From: Anaerolineae bacterium
GTDB taxonomy: Bacteria; Chloroflexota; Anaerolineae; B4-G1
NCBI GenBank assembly: GCA_034435075.1
Contig: DAOTYA010000045.1
Coordinates: 1 to 60,083 of the forward strand
Length of the DNA: 60,083 bases
Direction: 5' to 3'
Shown here: in pieces, positions 17,268-25,058 of the stretch
Layout: each line of letters opens with the position of its first letter
Position numbering within the stretch: position 1 is the stretch's first letter
Position numbers and translations under genes: made by a program
Notes under the pieces: generated by a model
Database searches by the model: none
What the model was told of the DNA's origin: nothing
Seen by the model: only the letters and a program-made list of their open reading frames with translations

Positions 17268-18120
17268 ATTGATGATCGTCGAAGATGATACTGACATCTC
17301 CAATATGCTGCGCATCTATTTCCAGTCGCAGAATTACGATGTCATCGTGGCACAGCGAGGGGAGGATGCGCTGGAGATGTGTCGGCAGCAGTTGCCCAAT
17401 ATTATCGTGCTCGACATTATGTTGCCGGATATGGACGGCTATGACGTATGCCGCAGATTGCGGGGGAACCTCCGTACCAGCCATATCCCGATCATCTTTC
17501 TGACCCAGAAAGATGAACGTTCCGACAAGATCCACGGCCTTGAGCTGGGCGCCGATGATTACATCACCAAGCCCTTTGACCTCGAGGAATTGAAGCTACG
17601 GGTCAAGAACGCGATGACCCGTGCGCAATATGAAAGCCTGACCAATGCCACCACCGGCCTGCCCAGCGGCCGGCTGATCGAGGACCAGTTGCGTCAGTTG
17701 ATCCGGCGGGATAACTGGGGCATTATATATGTTGGCATTCAGGGCTTCGGTGATTTCAAAGATGAGTATGGCTTCGTGGCCGGCGAAGAGGTTCTGCGCT
17801 TCACAGGGATGGTGCTGGGGAAGGCTGTGGACAGTGAGGGCACCCCCAACGACTTCATCGGCCACATCGGAGGCGACGATTTTATCATCATCGCTGAGAA
17901 GGACCGGGTAGAAGCGATCGTCGAGGATGCCCGCAGGCGTTTTGATGCTGAAATCGGCACCCACTACGACTGGCGGGCACGTCAGAGGGGTGTCAATATG
18001 ATGAGCCTGGCTATAGGTGTGGTGACCTCGGATGACGGGCCGTTTTACGACATCAGAGAGATCACTGAGGCTGCCTCCAGTGCACGCCGTATGGCTACGG
18101 CGGGTGCTCAGGCTGCCTGA
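17254..18120 (+). CDS. response regulator with GGDEF-type output domain (GGDDF variant)
   Basis: REC domain (IVEDD..VLDIMLPDMDG..TQKD..KPF), then a GGDEF fold with signature HIGGDDFIII. Confidence 0.85.
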   Translation: MAEGRLMIVEDDTDISNMLRIYFQSQNYDVIVAQRGEDALEMCRQQLPNIIVLDIMLPDMDGYDVCRRLRGNLRTSHIPIIFLTQKDERSDKIHGLELGADDYITKPFDLEELKLRVKNAMTRAQYESLTNATTGLPSGRLIEDQLRQLIRRDNWGIIYVGIQGFGDFKDEYGFVAGEEVLRFTGMVLGKAVDSEGTPNDFIGHIGGDDFIIIAEKDRVEAIVEDARRRFDAEIGTHYDWRARQRGVNMMSLAIGVVTSDDGPFYDIREITEAASSARRMATAGAQAA

Positions 18121-18162
18121 AGGGAAGACCACGCTCTGGGCGGGGTCGGGTATGTGATTTAG

Positions 18163-21100
18163 ATGGAAGAAACGGAAGGCAACTTGAGAGCCTCTTTCGG
18201 ATCGGACCGGCGTGGAGGTGCAAACATCAGCCCCTTTGAGCTGAGCGCTGATCTGAGGGCTTCGCTCAAGACAACACTGGATACCATTTTAACTACCACC
18301 CGCCAGCTCGTCTACTATGATGTAGCCGAGATCACGCTGTGGGATGAGGAACAGCGCTGTTGCGTAACTCAGGGATGGGGTGGTGACCGCGCTTACGCTA
18401 CGGAGGCAGGCGGTGTTTATCGCATTGACGAGGGCTACACCGGCTGGATCATCCGTCACCAGCGCTTCCTGTTGGTGCGTGATGTGGAGGCCAGGCGGGA
18501 CGTGCGCCCAAAATTGGACCTGCCCACGTATCCTTTCCAGTCTTACGTGGGCATCCCGCTCAAAAGCCAGGGCCGCTTCATTGGTACATTAGAATTGGCC
18601 TGCTATCACAAGGACGCCTGGTCGGAGCGTGACCTGGAGATCCTCCACGCCGTTGCCAGCCAGGCTGTGGTAGCCATTGAAAATGCTTATCTCTATGCAC
18701 AGACAAGGCGACATGCAGAGCAGCAGGCCGGCCTGGCCCGTATCGCTGCTCTGGCTGCCTCCACCCTCGATCTGGATGAGCTGCTTGAGCAGGTAATCGG
18801 AGAGACCCTCAGGCTGCTGGAAGCGGAAAGAGGCGCCCTCCTCCTCTACAACGAACAACGAAGTCGCCTGACGGTCCGTTACCTGACCCCTCCCGATGAC
18901 AAACGCACAGTGCCTTTATCATTTTGCCTTAAGCCCGAGCAATCGCTCCTGGCAAGGAGTGGCAGTTACTTATGCAACAATCCTGCTCAGGACCCGCATA
19001 TCACCGGGGTGTGCCGGGATTATATCCAGGCACTGGGCTTCCATAACTTCGTCGGAGTGGCATTGCGCCTGAAAGAGTCGCTTCTGGGTGAACTATACGT
19101 GGGAGATCGCAGGGGCGGATTTGGTAACCAGGAAGTCCAGTTGCTTCAGACAGTGACCGGTTATATAGCAACCGCCATCGAGAACGCCCATCTCTACGAT
19201 GAGATGCGCCGTCGGGTGTCCGAACTCAGTTCGCTGATGTCTGTCTCGGCTGCCGTCAGTTCCTCGCTGGACCTGGAGCGCGTTTTGCAGGCCATCGCCT
19301 CAGCTACAGTTGAGGTGATAGGATGCCAGCGGTCAGCGATCTTCGTGTTGGATGAAAGCGCGCAGGTGCTACGTCTGGCCATAACACAGGGACTGAGCCA
19401 GGAATATGCAGCCCGGTCGCAGGTACTTCCTCTGGAACCAGGTGGGCGTGCACACGCGGCGGTTACGGGGCAGCCACTGATAGTGCACGATGTGCAGGCT
19501 GATGATAGCCTGTTGGCCTATGCTCCGATGTCCGTCCAGGAGGGTTTCCGTGCCTTCGCCGACCTCCCTCTCAAGCGGGCTGACCGGGTTATTGGTATGC
19601 TTTCCGCCATGTTTGTCGAGCCTCACTACTTCTCCGCACGAGAAGTGGAATTGTTGACAGCTTTTGCCGATCAGGCGGCCATCGCCATAGAAAATGCTCG
19701 TCTGTACGCCCAGGCGGATGAGGAGTTGAGGCATCGAGAGGAAATATTGCGCAGACGCAACCGTGAACTGGCCACGCTCTACGAGGCTGCCAATACAATC
19801 AATTCCAGCCTCTCCCTGGATGATGTGCTCAACAGCGTGGCTTATCAGATGATGCGGTTGCTGAACTCAAAGGGATGCCTGGTCTCGCTGTGGGATCGCC
19901 AGCATAATGTACTTGAGCCTCTGGTAGCATACGGGGCAGCGCGGCCGGAGACGCCGGGTCAGGCCTGTTACCCGGACGTTTCATCACGCTCCGTATTGGA
20001 GACACGCCGCCCGCTGACCGTACGCAGAGATGCCCAGACCGTTTTGCTGCTACCCCTGATCACCAGAAATCAGGTGATTGGGATCGCTGAACTGATTGAT
20101 GGGGGCGAGGCCCGCGCTTACGCCCCAGAGGAGATCCGCCTCGCTGAGAGCCTGGCAGCGCAGGCGGCAGTTGCCATCGAGAACGCCCGTCTCTACGAGC
20201 AGGCTCAGCAGGAAATAGCCGAGCGCACGCGGGCGGAGGAAGCACTGCGGCGGCTTCACAACGTCAGCCGCGAGATCAATGCCACGCTTCATCTGGAAAG
20301 AATCCTACAACTTGTCCTTGAGGAGGCCACACATCTGAGCCAGGCCTCGCATGGCACCATCCTTCTCAGACACTCACCACAAGATGCACTCTACCTGGCG
20401 GTCTGCACAGGATATACGGAGGAAGATAAGGAGCGTCTGAACGCCCTCCTCCAGAAGCCAGAGGCCCATCCTGTCCTGCAAGCGATCTTGCGCTCCCCTG
20501 CTCCGCTGCTTGTCCCGGATACCTCTCTCCAGCCAGAGCGGTGTGGGTTCAGGCCAGAAACCCGCTCCCTGCTGATTGTACCGATATTCTATCAGGACGC
20601 ACTGGCGGGCATGATCTTCCTGGAGAGTGATGAGCAGGGAGCCTTCAACAGGGGCACGCTTGAGTTTGTGGAGGGGCTGGCCGCGCAGGCAGCCACGGCT
20701 ATTGGCAATGCTCAGCGATATCAGGAACAGTTGCAGCGTGGGGAGTTGCTGCGCCGTCGGGCGGAGAGACTGGCGGCTGTGTTGGAGATCAGCCGGGCAC
20801 TGCGTTCTGACCGCCCTCTGGAGAAGATCCTCGAGGAGATCGCATACGCCATTCAAGAGAGTGTGGGGTTCAATCTGGTGCTGATCGGCATTTTAGAAGG
20901 AGACCCTCCCTATCGCAGGCGTGTGGCGGCGGCTGGCGTTCCACTCGCCGAGTTCGAGCGGATGAAGCAGGTCCGTGAGCCCTGGTCAGCACTGGCCGAC
21001 CTGATGACATCCGAGTTCCGTGTCAGTCAGAGCTATTATATCCCTGCCGAGCATCAGGCGCGCTGGCGGGGGCGTATCAGCGTGTATGAAGCACCGCCAG

Positions 21101-23517
21101 AAGGGGAGACGGTCACGAGTGTTTCCCGCCAGCCTGGTCGCTGGCATCCCCACGACCTGCTGCTTGTCCCGCTGATTGGGCCGGGAGGTGACATACAGGG
21201 GCTGCTTTCGGTGGATCAGCCGATTGATGGCCGCGTGCCCGACCTGGAGACTATCGAGGCACTGGAGATCTTTGCCGCTCAGGCTGCCCTGGCCATCGAG
21301 AACGCTCGCCTGGTAGAGGCGCTGGAACGCCGCGCTGAGACGCTGGCCATGTTCAATGAGGTCTCGCGCTCTACCACAACCCATCTCGAGACCGCCAATC
21401 TCGACGACGTGCTCAACTCAGTGGTCAGAATGATCCTGCGGCCGGTCAAAAGCGATCTGAGCACGATCTTTCTGCTGGACCCCGGGAGCGGGAAATATCT
21501 ATGCAGGGCAGCGCATGGCATTACCGGTGGCGAACCATCGTCCACGCTGGAGGAGCTTATCGGTATGGTGGCCAGAAGCGGTATGCCTCTGGCGCTTGAG
21601 GACCTGGAGCGAGACGCCAGGACAGCAACGCCGGGTATGGATGGCATACGTTCGGCAGCCCTGGCTCCCCTCACGGTGAGCCATCAGGTGGTGGGCGTGC
21701 TGTGTGTGGGACGCAGAGCACCTGATCCCTTCTCTCCCGCCGAATTGGGCACACTCTCCGCGCTGGCCGACCAGGTGGCCGTGGCAGTGGCCAATATCAG
21801 ACTTTTCGATGAAGTACGCCGCTTCTCTCAGGAGCTGGAAAGGCGGGTGGAGGAACGCACCCAGGAGTTGGCCCAGGCATTACAGGAACTGCGGAAGGAG
21901 CGGGATCGGGTCGAGATATTGTACCGCATCACCGCGCAGTTGTCGGCCAGCCTTGACCTGGACTACGTGCTGACTCAGGCGCTTGGGCTGGTCGCCGGAG
22001 CGGTGGAGGCAGAACGCGCTTCCGTGCTGATGCTCGCTCACGATTCCGACCGCTTTATCTACCGCGCCTCCTATGGGAACGATACCCGGCTGCCTCCCGG
22101 AGGTCGCCTGACCAACTTTTCACGCGAGGAGGGGCTGGCCGGCTGGGTGGTCAGACATCGCCAGGCCGTCATCATCCCTGATATGCGTGAGGATCAGCGC
22201 TGGGTAAGTTCGTGGGAGGGCGAGCGTGACTACCGCTCGGTGCTGGCTGTGCCGCTTACCATCGGAGAACAGGTGCTGGGGGCACTCTTCCTGTTCCATT
22301 CACAGCCCGGCCATTTTCACGAAGAACACAAAATGTTGGTGGAGACGGCAGCCCTGCAGATGGCCAATGCGATCAATAATGCAGAACTTTACCGCCTCAT
22401 CTTCGATCAGGCCGAGCAACTGGGGAACATGCTCAAGACGCAGAAGGTAGAGGCGGCCAAGAGCCAGGCCATCCTGGAGGCCGTTGCCGATGGAGTGATT
22501 GTTGTGGATGCCAGCGGCAAGATCGTGCTCTTCAACGCAGCAGCGGAGCGCATCCTGGAACTGCCACGAGAAAAAGCGCTGGGCCGCATGAGCAGCGATA
22601 TGCTGGGCCTGTATGGCGGTCAGGCTCGCGAATGGATGGAGGCAGTGAACAGGTGGGCCACCCGGCCAGGCACCTATGACGCTGAGGAATACCTGGCGGC
22701 CAGAGTGGAGATCGGAGGGCGGATCGTCAGCGTCCATCTGGCACCGGTGCTGATGGGCGACGAGTTTCTCGGCACCGTCTCGGTCTTCCGCGATGTCACT
22801 GCTGAGGTGGAGGCCGAGCGGGCTAAGACGGAGTTCGTCTCCACGGTATCCCACGAGCTGCGCACCCCGATGACCTCGATTAAGGGCTACGTAAAACTGC
22901 TCCTGATGGAGATGGCAGGAGGGCTGACGGAGGGGCAACGCCATTTCCTCTCGATCATCAACGCGAACGTGGATCGCCTGACCAACCTGGTCAACGACCT
23001 GCTCGACATTTCACGTATCGAGAGCGGGCGTCTGGCTATCTCCCCGCGCCCGATCAAAGTGGACGAGGTGATCGAGCAGGTTGTCGCAGAAATGCACGCC
23101 CGCGCCACAGGCCGGGGGTTGACGCTCCACGCAGAGCTGCCCCCGGCGCTTCCCAGAGTGGTCGCAGACCCCGATCGGGTGGCTCAAATCCTGACCAACC
23201 TGATAGCCAATGCCTGCAACTACACCCCCAGCGGCGGGGAGGTGTGTGTCATGGCCCATGCGAACGGTGGAGAGGTGCGCGTTGCAGTGCGAGATACCGG
23301 CATCGGCATAGCTCCGGAGAACCTGGATAAGATTTTCGAGCGGTTCTTCCGTGCCGATGATGAGCTGGTACAGGAGGTCCCCGGTACCGGGCTGGGACTG
23401 GCCATCGTCCGTTCGCTGGTGGAGCTGCAGGGAGGTCGTATCTGGGTGGAGAGTAAACCAGGGGCAGGCAGCACCTTCACGTTCACACTTCCCGTTGCCG
23501 GGGAGAGCGGTGTTTGA
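18163..23517 (+). CDS. giant sensor histidine kinase: 8 tandem GAF domains, PAS, HisKA, HATPase_c
   Basis: Eight modules each close with A[IV]xNA.LY-type helices (AIENAYLY, AIENAHLY, AIENARLY x2, AIGNAQRY, AIENARLV, AVANIRLF, AINNAELY). PAS (ILEAVADGVIVVD), H-box SHELRTPMTSIKGY, N/G boxes (NLIANACNYT, DTGIGI, GTGLGLAIV). Confidence 0.93.
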   Translation: MEETEGNLRASFGSDRRGGANISPFELSADLRASLKTTLDTILTTTRQLVYYDVAEITLWDEEQRCCVTQGWGGDRAYATEAGGVYRIDEGYTGWIIRHQRFLLVRDVEARRDVRPKLDLPTYPFQSYVGIPLKSQGRFIGTLELACYHKDAWSERDLEILHAVASQAVVAIENAYLYAQTRRHAEQQAGLARIAALAASTLDLDELLEQVIGETLRLLEAERGALLLYNEQRSRLTVRYLTPPDDKRTVPLSFCLKPEQSLLARSGSYLCNNPAQDPHITGVCRDYIQALGFHNFVGVALRLKESLLGELYVGDRRGGFGNQEVQLLQTVTGYIATAIENAHLYDEMRRRVSELSSLMSVSAAVSSSLDLERVLQAIASATVEVIGCQRSAIFVLDESAQVLRLAITQGLSQEYAARSQVLPLEPGGRAHAAVTGQPLIVHDVQADDSLLAYAPMSVQEGFRAFADLPLKRADRVIGMLSAMFVEPHYFSAREVELLTAFADQAAIAIENARLYAQADEELRHREEILRRRNRELATLYEAANTINSSLSLDDVLNSVAYQMMRLLNSKGCLVSLWDRQHNVLEPLVAYGAARPETPGQACYPDVSSRSVLETRRPLTVRRDAQTVLLLPLITRNQVIGIAELIDGGEARAYAPEEIRLAESLAAQAAVAIENARLYEQAQQEIAERTRAEEALRRLHNVSREINATLHLERILQLVLEEATHLSQASHGTILLRHSPQDALYLAVCTGYTEEDKERLNALLQKPEAHPVLQAILRSPAPLLVPDTSLQPERCGFRPETRSLLIVPIFYQDALAGMIFLESDEQGAFNRGTLEFVEGLAAQAATAIGNAQRYQEQLQRGELLRRRAERLAAVLEISRALRSDRPLEKILEEIAYAIQESVGFNLVLIGILEGDPPYRRRVAAAGVPLAEFERMKQVREPWSALADLMTSEFRVSQSYYIPAEHQARWRGRISVYEAPPEGETVTSVSRQPGRWHPHDLLLVPLIGPGGDIQGLLSVDQPIDGRVPDLETIEALEIFAAQAALAIENARLVEALERRAETLAMFNEVSRSTTTHLETANLDDVLNSVVRMILRPVKSDLSTIFLLDPGSGKYLCRAAHGITGGEPSSTLEELIGMVARSGMPLALEDLERDARTATPGMDGIRSAALAPLTVSHQVVGVLCVGRRAPDPFSPAELGTLSALADQVAVAVANIRLFDEVRRFSQELERRVEERTQELAQALQELRKERDRVEILYRITAQLSASLDLDYVLTQALGLVAGAVEAERASVLMLAHDSDRFIYRASYGNDTRLPPGGRLTNFSREEGLAGWVVRHRQAVIIPDMREDQRWVSSWEGERDYRSVLAVPLTIGEQVLGALFLFHSQPGHFHEEHKMLVETAALQMANAINNAELYRLIFDQAEQLGNMLKTQKVEAAKSQAILEAVADGVIVVDASGKIVLFNAAAERILELPREKALGRMSSDMLGLYGGQAREWMEAVNRWATRPGTYDAEEYLAARVEIGGRIVSVHLAPVLMGDEFLGTVSVFRDVTAEVEAERAKTEFVSTVSHELRTPMTSIKGYVKLLLMEMAGGLTEGQRHFLSIINANVDRLTNLVNDLLDISRIESGRLAISPRPIKVDEVIEQVVAEMHARATGRGLTLHAELPPALPRVVADPDRVAQILTNLIANACNYTPSGGEVCVMAHANGGEVRVAVRDTGIGIAPENLDKIFERFFRADDELVQEVPGTGLGLAIVRSLVELQGGRIWVESKPGAGSTFTFTLPVAGESGV

Positions 23518-23610
23518 ACAGGACGCTTATAAACGGGCAGAGGCGGTAACCTGCCCGGCAGCGGTCGGAGAGCGGGCACTCTGAGCTGGGGCGGGAAGGG
23601 AGATGAAGCG

Positions 23611-24000
23611 ATGTCGCACACACCAAAAATACTTGTGGCTGAGGATGAGAGGGATATCAGAGAGTTGATCGGTTTCACACTTCGTTTTGCCGGCTTCGAT
23701 GTCTTTCTCGCCAGGAACGGCGAAGAAGCCGTTGAGCAGGCACCTCAGTTGAGGCCGGACCTGATTATGCTCGATGTGCGGATGCCTAAGATGACCGGCT
23801 ACGAGGCCTGCCGGGTCTTGAAGAGCAATCCGGAAACAAGCTCAATACCTGTCGTCATCCTTTCCGCCAAGGGGCAGGACGGCGAGATCCAGGAGGGGAT
23901 CGAATCCGGAGCGGACCACTACATTGTAAAGCCCTTCGCGCCGGATGAGCTGACCAGCCGCGTCAGGGAGATCTTGCGCAGCACAGGGGTGCTGGAGTGA
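23611..24000 (+). CDS. stand-alone CheY-like response regulator receiver
   Basis: ILVAEDE..MLDVRMPKMTG..SAKG..KPF; 129 aa with no output domain. Confidence 0.92.
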   Translation: MSHTPKILVAEDERDIRELIGFTLRFAGFDVFLARNGEEAVEQAPQLRPDLIMLDVRMPKMTGYEACRVLKSNPETSSIPVVILSAKGQDGEIQEGIESGADHYIVKPFAPDELTSRVREILRSTGVLE

Positions 24001-24038
24001 ACAAAGTACGCTGAATTTACACTGGCAGCAGATCGGGC

Positions 24039-24824
24039 ATGAGTGCGATTGTCGTAAATGAAGGCCTGATACACTATGAAGCGCTGGGGCGGGGGCGCCC
24101 TGTGATCTTCATCCATGGGTGGCTTGGCTCGTGGCGCTACTGGGTACCGACGATGGAAGAATTGTCGGCCAGACAACGCGCGTATGCCCTCGATCTGTGG
24201 GGCTTCGGTGACTCGGACAAGCCAGGCAAAAACTACAGCGTGGATGCATACGTCAAGTTGCTGCGGGACTTTATGGATAAGCTGGGGGTCGTCCACCCCA
24301 CCCTGGTCGGCCACGGCCTGGGGGGTGTGGTTGTACTGAAGTTCGCCGCCGAAAATCCAGACTGGGTAGACCAGGTGATGGCGGTCAGTGCCCCTCTGGC
24401 CGGGGAAGCTGTCAACCGTCCGCTGGCCGGCTTCTCGGGCAACGGTGATTCACTTGCCAGGCTGATGCCCAGAAAGGCTAAGTTTCCGGAAATTGAGATG
24501 GAGTTGTTCAAGACCGATGTCTCTGCTGTAGCTGAGAGCATCCAGTCGGTTATGTTGAGTGACCTGCGTCCTATATTGCCGCCGCTGACCATTCCTGTAC
24601 TCCTCGTGTACGGCGCTAACGATCCGTTCATCAAACCGCCGGACCCCAAATGGCTCCGCTTCTGCGATGATAATGTGCGCGCCATTTCTCTCGAAGGCGC
24701 GCAGCACTTCCCCATGCTTGAAGAGCGCAACAAGTTCAACCGTCTGTTGAAGGAATTCCTTGAGTCAGGCGGAGACCTGAATTCAATCGAGCTGAAAGAC
24801 GAGTGGCAGCGCCGACTACGCTGA
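24039..24824 (+). CDS. alpha/beta-hydrolase-fold protein lacking the nucleophile Ser (GHGLGG)
   Basis: Paralogue of 13306-14097 (MSAIVVNEGLIHYEALGRGRPVIFIHGWLGSWRYW vs MSSIVTDRGLVHYETVGRGRPVILLHGWLESWAHW). Residue 93 is Gly (GGC, 24315-24317). The Asp (GANDPF) and His (GAQHFPM) positions are retained. Confidence 0.85.
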   Translation: MSAIVVNEGLIHYEALGRGRPVIFIHGWLGSWRYWVPTMEELSARQRAYALDLWGFGDSDKPGKNYSVDAYVKLLRDFMDKLGVVHPTLVGHGLGGVVVLKFAAENPDWVDQVMAVSAPLAGEAVNRPLAGFSGNGDSLARLMPRKAKFPEIEMELFKTDVSAVAESIQSVMLSDLRPILPPLTIPVLLVYGANDPFIKPPDPKWLRFCDDNVRAISLEGAQHFPMLEERNKFNRLLKEFLESGGDLNSIELKDEWQRRLR

Positions 24825-24834
24825 TATTATCAGA

Positions 24835-25020
24835 GCCTATCCGGAAATCGTTTTCGGACAGGTTCTTGTTCAGGCGCTTACTGGAGGGGTGAGGAATGCC
24901 TCGCCCGTACGCCCTTCCTGGGCCTGCAGCCGGTGGTCGGCCTTCTTCACCGACCAGGGGCGTCGGCGCAGGCCGGTGCCCGGCGCGAAGCGCCCAGGGT
25001 GACGATTTCAATCGGCCTGA
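24835..25020 (+). repeat. repeat mosaic: CR1 mini-copy (24835-24862), a shared ~100-nt spacer module and GGCGCGAAG..SR4 (24982-25020)
   Basis: Collinear with the reverse complement of 58161-58300 (for example GAGGAATGCCTCGCCCGTACGCCCTT vs GAGGCATTCCCTGCCCGTACACCCTT). Confidence 0.75.
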
Positions 25021-25058
25021 ATATCACCTGTCACCACACATCAGCCAGGAGTGAGAAA

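Noticed and set aside
24933-25058. Upstream ATG extensions offered by the ORF track: GH38 from 24933, etfB from 5100, the GTPase from 12433, the secreted protein from 50149, the integrase-like gene from 55488 and the membrane protein from 1993.
   Set aside because: The extensions translate repeat or intergenic sequence and lack homology. Internal starts sit behind good Shine-Dalgarno motifs and restore conserved family N-termini.
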